From Pedobacter sp. (GTDB lineage Bacteria > Desulfobacterota > Desulfuromonadia > Desulfuromonadales > Syntrophotaleaceae), in assembly GCA_050253415.1 (NCBI GenBank), contig JBFWJC010000004.1, forward strand, positions 1-64,000: a DNA stretch of 64,000 nucleotides, written 5' to 3'. This document shows, piece by piece, positions 49,630 through 58,783 of the stretch. The position numbers and the translations under genes are program-made. The notes under the pieces are model-generated. The model saw only the letters and a program-made list of their open reading frames with translations. It searched no databases and was not told where the DNA came from. Each line of letters opens with the position of its first letter. Position 1 is the stretch's first letter.

Positions 49630-50838
49630 CTATCTAATCAACATCCAGTTAGCCATCAACTGAACAGATGCACCACCACAAAAGCTCCCTATGACTTCAA
49701 AACTTTTCCCTGCATATAACCAAAAAAGTTGTCTATTGTTGGTCTTGTCATAAACAATCAGGTTAAGATAGTAAACGCCAGGGTTTAGATCCAAGCGATC
49801 AACTTCAATACGGACTCTGAATTTACTGTTTTCATTTTCTATTTTTACGCCATTGTAGGAAGAATGGCACTGAGCCACCAGCGTTCCGTCTTGCCCCATA
49901 AAGGTAATCGACAAGGAAACTTCCTCGTATTTATCCCCAATATTTAGGTCGAATTCAAAAACGAAAGGATCACGCCAGTTGAAAATGTCGCATGTTCGAT
50001 TATTTTTATCGAGTAAAGTCAAATTCTCAACAAGAGTGTCTTCATCGCCCCTGATGGCTTTTTGATTTTGACCAAAGCATGCGTTATATTGAGCAATTGC
50101 CTGGGCAGTATCACCTTGAAATACTTTCTTCCCTTTTTCCATCAATAAGGCTGAACTACTTAATCTATTAACAAAATACATATGGTGAGATACAAAAATA
50201 ACAGCACATTTTTCAACTAAATCAGCCACTCTCGAATAACACTTTGATCGGAAGCCAAGATCTCCAACAGCCAAAACTTCGTCAATAAGCAGCACATCCG
50301 GCTCCATTTGAGCCGCCACTGCGAAACCAAGACGCACTCTCATGCCCGAACTGTAGTTTTGCACAGGTGTATCAATGAACTCTTCTATCTCAGCGAAATC
50401 AATGATTTCATCAAGTTTCCGGTCAATTTCCTTTTTACTAAAACCCAAAACAGAACCATTAACATAGATATTTTCGCGACCGGACAAAATCGGGTTAAAT
50501 CCAGCCCCAAGTTCAATAAGCGCACCGACGCGGCCATGCATGGTAATCCGACCCTGATCCGGCTTAATAAGTCCATTTAGCATCTTCAAGAGAGTACTTT
50601 TTCCGGCGCCATTAGGTCCGATCAATCCAAGGCATTCGCCACGCTTAAGTTCAAAGCTAACGTTATTTACCGCCCAGAATTCATCCTTACGCAGTTCACC
50701 GTTTCCACCGTGGTGTTGACCAGACAATTCCTTGCAAAGGTCTTGCATACCATACAACAGGGAACGTTTTAGACTTCGACAAAACTTCTTTGAAACGCCT
50801 TCGACTCTGATTATCTTCTCGCTCATGGCCTTAGGCAC
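49630..50838 (-). CDS. wzt: Polysaccharide ABC exporter ATPase with C-terminal domain
   Basis: GPNGAGKST, YSSGMRVRLGFA, DEVLAVGD. Confidence 0.93.
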   Translation of the reverse strand: MPKAMSEKIIRVEGVSKKFCRSLKRSLLYGMQDLCKELSGQHHGGNGELRKDEFWAVNNVSFELKRGECLGLIGPNGAGKSTLLKMLNGLIKPDQGRITMHGRVGALIELGAGFNPILSGRENIYVNGSVLGFSKKEIDRKLDEIIDFAEIEEFIDTPVQNYSSGMRVRLGFAVAAQMEPDVLLIDEVLAVGDLGFRSKCYSRVADLVEKCAVIFVSHHMYFVNRLSSSALLMEKGKKVFQGDTAQAIAQYNACFGQNQKAIRGDEDTLVENLTLLDKNNRTCDIFNWRDPFVFEFDLNIGDKYEEVSLSITFMGQDGTLVAQCHSSYNGVKIENENSKFRVRIEVDRLDLNPGVYYLNLIVYDKTNNRQLFWLYAGKSFEVIGSFCGGASVQLMANWMLIR

Positions 50839-51682
50839 TCATGCGTTCAATAAGAATAGGCATCGCCAATCGATAGACTACCCAAACCACGAGCAACAAC
50901 ACGATGGCAGCAAAATTAACCAGAAAGTAATAACCTAAGTATTCAGGCGTAAAGCCTGTCAACCAATTGCGGGCATTTATTATGACAGGCGTAAGCGGGT
51001 TATTAGCGAAGAGCGTGGCTGCCCATCCCTCTTTTGGCATGGGGAAAACTACAGGCGTAACGAACATCAAAAAATGCATCAGCAAGGGCAGACCACGACC
51101 GATATCTGAATAGAGAATGCCGACTGGAGTAATGAGCAAACCCAAAGCAGTGCCAACCAGGATCAGTGATAGAATCCCAAATGGAAAGTACAGCAGCCCC
51201 CATCCTGGATTAATTCCCATAAAAAACAACACACCTAGAAGAAGGGTGATCTTGATGAACGCGTTGAACAGTGTCTGGTAGATGCCTGAGACGATCAAGG
51301 CTTCGCGAGGAAAATTGAGCTTGGTCAACATTGCCTTGGCAGCAATGGCTTGCTGCAGAGGGGCATTGAGGGCATCCATAAATAAGGCCCAGAGCATAGT
51401 ACCAGTGAGGACATATACCGGATAAGGCAGCGCGGTATCGGAAATCTTAACCACTCCGGTACTATTCAGGAAGATCCAGGCGATGGTGTTGGCAAGGGGC
51501 AGAATGAAGGCCCAGAGGATGCCAAGGAAGGCTTGACGGTACTGGGCGCTGATGTCTCGCACCGCCAAACGCCAAGCCAACTCCCGGCCGGCGGCTAAGT
51601 CACGAAACATCTCTCTTGCCATCCTGCAAGGGTTGGCAAGAGACGAATCAGGTGTATAGATGATTATTCGTGGTTCTTTCAA
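50831..51682 (-). CDS. wzm: Polysaccharide ABC exporter permease
   Basis: RDI.AQYRQ..LG.LWA, K.NFPRE, NP.T..I. Confidence 0.92.
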   Translation of the reverse strand: MKEPRIIIYTPDSSLANPCRMAREMFRDLAAGRELAWRLAVRDISAQYRQAFLGILWAFILPLANTIAWIFLNSTGVVKISDTALPYPVYVLTGTMLWALFMDALNAPLQQAIAAKAMLTKLNFPREALIVSGIYQTLFNAFIKITLLLGVLFFMGINPGWGLLYFPFGILSLILVGTALGLLITPVGILYSDIGRGLPLLMHFLMFVTPVVFPMPKEGWAATLFANNPLTPVIINARNWLTGFTPEYLGYYFLVNFAAIVLLLVVWVVYRLAMPILIERMSA

Positions 51683-51751
51683 TGCGGCTTCAACCTGTAA
51701 TCAGTTTGTGATGCCTTCGCGAGGAGGATCTAAAACAATCGGCGCTGTTTC

Positions 51752-52615
51752 TTATTCTTTTTTATTACTAAAGACCTCGGCAAATTTGCTTGTACTGAAA
51801 ACCCGTCCATTCTTCAAAACGCCCCACTTTCCTCCATAGGGGTCTTCCGGCAACATATCAAGGTAACGCCGAGTCACTAATTCCTCCAAAGCAACTGGCA
51901 TCCGCCCTTCTTTATTCTTGAATTGCTCGAGAGCTTCTTCGATCGACACAGCTCTCTCCAAGGCAAGTAGGCGCTTTTCAAGGGGCCTGCGAATGAGAGG
52001 GTTATCTGTTTCCTCTATCATCTGCCTGAGAAACAGAAGTCCTGTCTTCGATTTACCACCATAATAAGCAAGACGCGCAGCCAACTTTGGGAAATATCCT
52101 GGGCTGCCGGGCAACCGCGAGGCAGTCATAATATAATCGGCGGCGGCTCCTTCATCATGGAGAAAATAAAAATAATTAAACCCAATAAAAAAAGGCAGCC
52201 GCCAATCCTTGATGCGATAACCGGCGCCTTTTTCCAATATTTTATTTGCCTCTTCAGGCATGCCCGCATCCCAGGCAAGCAGGCCTTCGGCAAGAAAATA
52301 GGGATCGACAAAATAGGGATCAAGATCGGTCACTACATTAAGACTATTAATGAAATATTGCCAATCGTCTTCATTCAAAGATTTACCTTCACCGGCCCTA
52401 CCGCCAAAAAAAGTTGCGGCTTTCAAAAACAAAAAATCCGACAGAATCCCCTTATTGCCCAGCGCCAGAATTCGGCTAAATCTGGACGGAATCACATAAC
52501 CGGCAGGCGTATCCGAGCGCACCTTTTCTCGAATGTTCCACACCCCGGAATGAAGCAGCCAATGGGCTGACAGCACAGTCAGAATCGTCAGAAAGAGGAG
52601 GAGGCGCCGCATCAA
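51752..52615 (-). CDS. Pilin-locus (xap-like) membrane-anchored TPR-like protein
   Basis: N-terminal TM, TDLDPYF, W.LPF..GF..F, LPEDPYGG; adjacent to ABC genes downstream of pilA. Confidence 0.75.
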   Translation of the reverse strand: MMRRLLLFLTILTVLSAHWLLHSGVWNIREKVRSDTPAGYVIPSRFSRILALGNKGILSDFLFLKAATFFGGRAGEGKSLNEDDWQYFINSLNVVTDLDPYFVDPYFLAEGLLAWDAGMPEEANKILEKGAGYRIKDWRLPFFIGFNYFYFLHDEGAAADYIMTASRLPGSPGYFPKLAARLAYYGGKSKTGLLFLRQMIEETDNPLIRRPLEKRLLALERAVSIEEALEQFKNKEGRMPVALEELVTRRYLDMLPEDPYGGKWGVLKNGRVFSTSKFAEVFSNKKE

Positions 52616-53427
52616 TTGAACTCTCTACGAGCAAAAATGACCGAACCCAGTAACAATAGCAGCGTCACATAGGTCCCTGCGTATCCTAAAGAAAGGACAA
52701 AGCGACTAGTCTCGACAGCGAGGCCATGAGCGGCTTCCAACGAAAAATCAAATGCAGAAAGATTAGGCAGAAGATAGGAGACAACCGCTATAAAATACTT
52801 CAGTGCCCCCGGGACGAGGATTTCCTTTGCAGCAAATGCGGAATTTAGATAAAAGACGACCTCTTCGATCGTCACCCCGACGACATAACTGCTTATGGAA
52901 AAAATAAGGGTAATAAAAGAGCTGCTGGTAATCGAACTGAAAAAAACCACAATTCCGGTTAATACAGATATTTTTATGAATACAAAAAAACAAGCGATGA
53001 GAAAAATTGACCAGTGAAATCCAATAAAATAACCGGGATAAATCCGAAACAGTAGAAAAACGGTAGCACAGGAAAAAAGAACCAGCATCATCATTGACAC
53101 CAGAGCAAAAAGCTGGATACCGAAAAATTTCCCCCAAATGTATTGCCCCCGGGTAATTGGCTTGGAAAGAACCAGATGTATCGTCTTGCGATCGATATCC
53201 TTGGCCATCAGATTGATCCCGATGAAAAATATCAGCAGAAGCCCAGTAAGAGAGAGAGCGCTGAGATTCATATCGACGGTAACCTTACCGATATCCCGCA
53301 TAAAAAACCCGGCAACAGCGATGTTCAAACCAAAAAGAAAAAGAGCCAGGAGGGCAATGCCAAAAAGGGCCCGGTTCCGAATACCTTCCTTGAAGGTAAT
53401 AATGGCAAGTGAAAAGATACGTTTCAT
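52612..53427 (-). CDS. ABC-2 type permease (xap-like)
   Basis: TFKEGIRNR, DIDRKTI..VLSKP..R..Y..GKF, F.RREF. Confidence 0.88.
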   Translation of the reverse strand: MKRIFSLAIITFKEGIRNRALFGIALLALFLFGLNIAVAGFFMRDIGKVTVDMNLSALSLTGLLLIFFIGINLMAKDIDRKTIHLVLSKPITRGQYIWGKFFGIQLFALVSMMMLVLFSCATVFLLFRIYPGYFIGFHWSIFLIACFFVFIKISVLTGIVVFFSSITSSSFITLIFSISSYVVGVTIEEVVFYLNSAFAAKEILVPGALKYFIAVVSYLLPNLSAFDFSLEAAHGLAVETSRFVLSLGYAGTYVTLLLLLGSVIFARREFN

Positions 53428-54350
53428 TTACCCTGCTCCATGACAACTTCCATAAATAGATCTTCGAGCGAAGCCCATTCAGATCTGCAACTTAGAACTT
53501 CAACACCGAAGCGTTGCAGACATTCGTTCACCTCGTAATACCGTGCGGAGGAAACGGCAAGCAAATGTCCTCTTCCTTCGGAACAAAAGTTGTCGACCAG
53601 CGGTTGGATCTCCTGCTGCTGCGACTCGGAGAGCTCGGAAGTAACCAGATGTATTGAGCTACCGTTTCCCTGCAAAAAATCATCCCGACTGAAACGTCTG
53701 ACCAGACTGCCGTTCGTCATCAATCCGATGCGATCACACAACCGTTCGACATCACTTAAAATATGAGAGCAGAAAAAAACGGTCTTGCCCTGCTGTTTCA
53801 ACTCAAGAACCAGATCAAAAACCATCTTGCGGCCAATAGGGTCAAGACCTGACATCGGTTCGTCAAGAATGATCATGGGCGGATCATGCAACAGCGCAAA
53901 ACAGATGCCTGCCCTCTGTAGCATCCCTTTGGAAAAGGTCCGCAACGGACGATTTCGGGCATGAAAAAGATTCAGTTTTTCCATCAACTCGTTGCCACGC
54001 CGTTTCGCTCGTAAGGATTCGATCCCAGAAGCCTGCCCACAAAAAACAAGGAGCTCCTGCAGGGTCAAGTGATCGTACAGATAGGGATTTTCCGGCAGGT
54101 AGCCGATCTCTCGATGAATGTTGGCTTCCTTAAGAGACTTCCCGCGAAAGAGAATTGTTCCGCTATCCGGTCGGATCAGGCCCAGCAACAGCCTGATAGT
54201 CGTGCTCTTCCCAGCGCCGTTGGGCCCGATAAGGCCGAGGACCTCACCGCGCATTACCTCAAAACTTAATTTATGAACCGCCCGAACTTTTTTCTTAAAG
54301 AGACCTGGATTATAGGTCTTAGAAACCTCATGTAATGCAACTTCAATCAT
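53424..54350 (-). CDS. ABC transporter ATPase (xapD-like)
   Basis: GPNGAGKST, FSKGMLQR, LDEPMSGLDP. Confidence 0.92.
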   Translation of the reverse strand: MIEVALHEVSKTYNPGLFKKKVRAVHKLSFEVMRGEVLGLIGPNGAGKSTTIRLLLGLIRPDSGTILFRGKSLKEANIHREIGYLPENPYLYDHLTLQELLVFCGQASGIESLRAKRRGNELMEKLNLFHARNRPLRTFSKGMLQRAGICFALLHDPPMIILDEPMSGLDPIGRKMVFDLVLELKQQGKTVFFCSHILSDVERLCDRIGLMTNGSLVRRFSRDDFLQGNGSSIHLVTSELSESQQQEIQPLVDNFCSEGRGHLLAVSSARYYEVNECLQRFGVEVLSCRSEWASLEDLFMEVVMEQGK

Positions 54351-56196
54351 GACCCAACTCCAGATTTTTAAAATCTACCTTTTGTCCATGCGGCCAGAAA
54401 GAGTCCAACGGTCGTCCGGTAGCCTTTGCAGCTTTAAGCATATTCAAATAGTGCAAAAATCCCTCTGTGCGGGGATCCAACGGCATCAGATCGATGGCAC
54501 GCTGGATGGCCCTGCGCGCATCGGCCTCCCTACCAACTTTTAAGTAAAGGCGAGCCAAATCATACCATTGCCAGCGTGCGCCTTCAAGAGTTGATAACCT
54601 TTCGTAATACGGAAGGATTTCTCTTGCCAAAAGGTCGTCTTCCCGCTTAAGCGCGTCGCGGAGGTAACCAGGTAAAGCTCCGTTAAGCACGCGATAGGAG
54701 CTGTATGGATGTTCGGCCAAACTACCAAAGGTTTCCAGAGAAGCCTCAAAGGGTTTCCCACTGAGAAAATCACGTTTAAAGGCTCCTATTTTGATTTCCT
54801 GATAAAACAACGAGACGGTTAGGAACAATCCGAGTAGCAAAAATATCAGAACCGAGGGTCTTCCCCATGTGGAAATGCGTATTTTGACCAAAGGATATTG
54901 GGATAACAGCACACCCAGACAGACGAAAAAAAGAATTAATAATGGCGGAGAACGAAAAGGCCACTCAAACATCGATTGAACAATAAAGGGGAGAAGAAAC
55001 AAATGGCTATAGAGAAAAAAGGGATCTGTTACCTTATCCTCGCGAACAAATTTCACCAAAACCTCAAACAACAACAGAATAAGCAGAAACGCCACCAGAG
55101 CAAATGCGAAAATGCCTCCCTCGCAAAGAACTTGTAACAGGTCGTTGTGTGCCCAGTTCGTACTTTTCATGGCCTCATAAGGGACAAAACCAAGAAAATC
55201 ATGTGATAGAGGCCCATAGGAATTCATAACATTTTTATAATGATCGAGACCAATACCCAACCAAGGGTGATCAAGAAAAATCAAGATGGCACTCGTCCAA
55301 AATACAAAGCGCCCTGAAGGGTTAATCCCTGTATCAGTTAGAGGACGAACCATCTGCAATTCCGGTGCACTGTTCCATACAAGCACTTTGAAAAACAGGA
55401 ATATAGCGCCCAAGAGAAACATTAAGCGAAAGAACTCTCTTCTTCCATCCCCATCTCTGGCAAGATAACGACGACTTACGACCAACCATGTCAAAAAACC
55501 GAAGACTAACCCCATGGACAGCAAGCCTGACCGAGATAGAGTTAATAAGAAAACAGACGCAACCAGCGCAAAAGGTACAAAGCGAAGGATGGCAAGCCTG
55601 CTTGCTCGCTGATCTACGGAAAGGTGAATATATCGATAAAAAAAGGCCAATAGGGTGACGGTCAGGAACAGAGCGAACTGATTGGCCTGACCATAAGGAC
55701 CAAATACCCTAGCCATTGTATTAGGAGGAAGTAGATAGGGGATAAGCATGGAGCGGGTGGAGCCAAGTAACAGATAATAGACATATTCATAAAGGCCAAG
55801 AAGAGCGGCAACCAGCCCAAAAAAAACCAAAGCATCAACCAATTTTTCGTGGAAGGCGGGGACCCTGGCAGAATAATGGGTCACCAAAAACAAAAAACAA
55901 ATAAAAACCGCAAAAATAGCAGATTGTAACAACGCCCATCCTGGTACAAGAGCCTGCCATGCAGAAATGAAAAAAACTGACCAGAGCAAAATGAAAACAG
56001 CTAACACCGGGGATACCCTGAGCTCCGAGTCCTCAAAGAAACACCGGAGAGCACAAATCAGCACTGCAAAGGTAAAGACATACAACTTTCCGGCGGAAGC
56101 AATATCTCCCAAAAAGGGTAAGGTGATAAATTGCAAAAGCAGTATGCCAACCGCAGCCAGAGTTACCCTTTGCCCTTCGCTCTCCATCAATTCCAT
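54343..56196 (-). CDS. O-antigen ligase / O-oligosaccharyltransferase (Wzy_C, PglL-like)
   Basis: Multiple TMs, GQANQFA, SRSG, R...W, P.LG.G, AHNDLLQ..EGG; directly downstream of the pilins. Confidence 0.85.
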   Translation of the reverse strand: MELMESEGQRVTLAAVGILLLQFITLPFLGDIASAGKLYVFTFAVLICALRCFFEDSELRVSPVLAVFILLWSVFFISAWQALVPGWALLQSAIFAVFICFLFLVTHYSARVPAFHEKLVDALVFFGLVAALLGLYEYVYYLLLGSTRSMLIPYLLPPNTMARVFGPYGQANQFALFLTVTLLAFFYRYIHLSVDQRASRLAILRFVPFALVASVFLLTLSRSGLLSMGLVFGFLTWLVVSRRYLARDGDGRREFFRLMFLLGAIFLFFKVLVWNSAPELQMVRPLTDTGINPSGRFVFWTSAILIFLDHPWLGIGLDHYKNVMNSYGPLSHDFLGFVPYEAMKSTNWAHNDLLQVLCEGGIFAFALVAFLLILLLFEVLVKFVREDKVTDPFFLYSHLFLLPFIVQSMFEWPFRSPPLLILFFVCLGVLLSQYPLVKIRISTWGRPSVLIFLLLGLFLTVSLFYQEIKIGAFKRDFLSGKPFEASLETFGSLAEHPYSSYRVLNGALPGYLRDALKREDDLLAREILPYYERLSTLEGARWQWYDLARLYLKVGREADARRAIQRAIDLMPLDPRTEGFLHYLNMLKAAKATGRPLDSFWPHGQKVDFKNLELGHD

Positions 56197-56226
56197 AATC
56201 CCAAGGAAAATAAAAAAGTTTAAAAA

Positions 56227-56251
56227 AAGCCCCTCCCGTTAGGGAGGGGCT
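56227..56251 (-). terminator. Rho-independent terminator after the pilin genes
   Basis: AGCCCCTCCC-GTTA-GGGAGGGGCT with an upstream A-run (U tail on minus strand). Confidence 0.8.
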
Positions 56252-56277
56252 GCCAATCAAATGTTTACGCCCTTAAA

Positions 56278-56670
56278 TTACAGGTTCCATTCATTGGTTG
56301 TCCACTCAGACTCCGAAGCCTTGCTTACGGGAATCGTATCAAGAACGGTGGCTGTTTCATCACCGGTGGTGTAGGACTTGCTGAAAATATTGTTCACGTT
56401 CTGAGCAGTGCCGTACGCCATATTGCCCCCAGGGTGAACCGTTGCGATGGAATACCATTGCGCGGTAACTGCATCAGTACCATCAGTTGCATACTTGGCA
56501 ACAACTTTGGGGGAGAGCCCGATGCCATCGGTATAGAGAATATTGTCGGTACCAACACTGTCACCGAAACCGAGTTTCCCATCAACCCCTGTAGTGCTAA
56601 GGAGTTCAAAAGCGAAAGAGCCGCTCGCAACCAGCATCAGCGCGACGGTAAGTACAAGAATTTTTTTCAT
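56278..56670 (-). CDS. PilA-C-like secreted partner of the short pilin
   Basis: Sec signal peptide (MKKILVL...SFA), LSPKV..Y...T.H..G...YGT pattern; immediately downstream of short pilA. Confidence 0.75.
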   Translation of the reverse strand: MKKILVLTVALMLVASGSFAFELLSTTGVDGKLGFGDSVGTDNILYTDGIGLSPKVVAKYATDGTDAVTAQWYSIATVHPGGNMAYGTAQNVNNIFSKSYTTGDETATVLDTIPVSKASESEWTTNEWNL

Positions 56671-56714
56671 AAATGCCTCCAATTTTAAGCCTTAGTTTCT
56701 AAATGCAGCTGGGA

Positions 56715-56930
56715 TCAGTTATAGGGGTAGAAATACTCATCGGTATAAAAACCTTCAAGCGATGTCTTAATGGTCTTAAGGTCAGCCTGAGCAGCGGTGT
56801 TAAATGCCTTCTGCCGATAAGAAGCGAACTGCGGAATGGCAATAGCCGCCAGGATGCCGATGATCGCGACAACGATCAACAACTCGATCAGAGTAAAACC
56901 CTTTTGTGATTTCTTGAACCTGTTTAGCAT
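56715..56930 (-). CDS. pilA: Short type IVa pilin (PilA-N, e-pilin type), 60 aa mature
   Basis: KG|FTLIELLIVVAIIGILAAIAIPQF cleavage motif; GAGGAG RBS. Confidence 0.96.
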   Translation of the reverse strand: MLNRFKKSQKGFTLIELLIVVAIIGILAAIAIPQFASYRQKAFNTAAQADLKTIKTSLEGFYTDEYFYPYN

Positions 56931-57076
56931 GTTTAACTCTCCTCTCAAAATGAATGGACCTTGGATGCCGAAGCACCGACGACAAACAACTGTTAATTGA
57001 ATTTTGCTTTTTTATGCACTCTTTTTACTTTTGGGTGCAAGAAAAAAATAGTTTCATAATCTATGGGGTCTATAAT

Positions 57077-57092
57077 AGCAACAAAGATGCCA
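57077..57092 (-). promoter_or_regulatory. Sigma54 (-24/-12) promoter of pilA
   Basis: TGGCAT-CTTTG-TTGCT on the minus strand; the adjacent PilR is a sigma54 activator. Confidence 0.8.
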
Positions 57093-57206
57093 CATTTTTA
57101 TTAAAAACAAAATTACCTCAAGCTGCTGTTTTTTTTGGATTTTTCAAAAATAAAAAAACAAAGCATGCAATTCAAAACCAATATAAGTCATTTTATGCTC
57201 CCAAAA

Positions 57207-57223
57207 GTGACAATATCCGTCAC
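57207..57223. promoter_or_regulatory. Candidate PilR upstream activating sequence
   Basis: GTGAC-N7-GTCAC palindrome ~115 bp upstream of the -24 box. Confidence 0.45.
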
Positions 57224-57284
57224 GCAGCTTATCTCGATTCTTTTCAATTTCCTCCCATTTGAAACGTGAGTTTGCGGCATAGAG

Positions 57285-58703
57285 TTACTCATCCTCCCCA
57301 TCCACTTCTACACCAAATTTGGCCAAACGATAGCGAATCGAACGAAAGGTGATTCCGAGCAACTCGGCCGCGCGCTTGCGTACACCGCCGGTTCGATCCA
57401 AAGCCTTTAACAGGATATCCTTCTCAATGGCGCCAAGATAGGCGTCGAGATCAAGACCATCCTCCGGCAAAGAGGCAAACGAACTGTCATTTATCTCGAC
57501 ACTGCCACGTATTTGCGGCGGCAAGCTATCCTCGCTAAGAGTCTCGCCCCGGCCCAAGACAACACAACGCTCCATGGAATTTTCGAGTTCACGGATGTTG
57601 CCAGGCCAGTGGTAATCGAGAAGACGACGTATGACATTATCAGGTATAGCTAAATCGGGATTTCCCGACAGTTTTCCAAGAAAATGCTGCACCAGTAGAG
57701 GAATATCCTCGCGTCTCTCACGTAAGGGCGGTAGAGCTATCTGAATAACATTAAGGCGATAAAACAGGTCCTCGCGAAACTGTTCTGCGGATACGGCTTG
57801 CCCTAGATCCTTATTGGTTGCGGCAACGAGGCGCACATCAACCTTAATATCACGGGTACCACCGACACGACGAAATTCGCGTTCCTGAATGACACGTAGA
57901 AGTTTTACCTGCATCATGGACGGCAATTCTGCAATTTCATCCAGGAACAACGTCCCACCATCGGCTACCTCGAATAGACCTGATTTTTGTTGCACAGCGC
58001 CGGTAAAGGCACCTTTTTCGTGCCCGAACAACTCACTCTCGAGAAGATTCTCGGGGATCGCTCCACAGTTAATGGCAACAAAGGCCGCATCTCGCCGGTC
58101 ACTGTTATAGTGAATGGCACGAGCTACCAATTCCTTACCGGTACCACTCTCCCCGGTCACAAGAACATTGACCTTGCTTGCAGCAACCTTTTCGATAAGG
58201 TTAAACACATCCTGCATGATTTTGCTTTTGCCAATAATATTGGCAAACGAAAACCGCTGGCCCAACTCCTTTTTTAACTTCAGATTTTCACGGCGCAGAT
58301 CCATGCGCTCCAGCGCATTTTCGACCACCAAACGGATTTCTTCATTTTTAAAAGGCTTGGTAATATAGTCGTAAGCGCCCTGTTTCATGGCATCAACAGC
58401 TTGTTCGGTAGAGGAAAAAGCGGTAATCATGATCATGGCTGTGCCGGGACACCGATCTTTGACATAGTCCAGCACACCAAAACCATCCAGGCGCGGCATT
58501 TTAATATCACTGATGACCAGGTCATAAGACTGATCCTTAAGCCGGTTAATGGCTTGTTGCCCGTCTCCAACCGCTTCAACCAGATACCCATCTCTTTGCA
58601 ATAAAATGCAAAGAAACTCGCGCATACTCTCCTCATCATCCACGATTAGGATACGATGCCGTTTTTTCTGCAGGCTGTCCGTGTCTGAACTTTTCAAAGC
58701 CAT
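57285..58703 (-). CDS. pilR: Sigma54-dependent response regulator PilR
   Basis: REC domain, GESGTGKE, GAFTGA, GITFRSIRYRL HTH. Confidence 0.93.
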   Translation of the reverse strand: MALKSSDTDSLQKKRHRILIVDDEESMREFLCILLQRDGYLVEAVGDGQQAINRLKDQSYDLVISDIKMPRLDGFGVLDYVKDRCPGTAMIMITAFSSTEQAVDAMKQGAYDYITKPFKNEEIRLVVENALERMDLRRENLKLKKELGQRFSFANIIGKSKIMQDVFNLIEKVAASKVNVLVTGESGTGKELVARAIHYNSDRRDAAFVAINCGAIPENLLESELFGHEKGAFTGAVQQKSGLFEVADGGTLFLDEIAELPSMMQVKLLRVIQEREFRRVGGTRDIKVDVRLVAATNKDLGQAVSAEQFREDLFYRLNVIQIALPPLRERREDIPLLVQHFLGKLSGNPDLAIPDNVIRRLLDYHWPGNIRELENSMERCVVLGRGETLSEDSLPPQIRGSVEINDSSFASLPEDGLDLDAYLGAIEKDILLKALDRTGGVRKRAAELLGITFRSIRYRLAKFGVEVDGEDE

Positions 58704-58783
58704 TGCAATCCTTAATTGTCAAGCATATGTGGCGGCGTGACAAAGGCACTTATATGCACCTTTGTTTCTCAAGCCTTCTCTTC

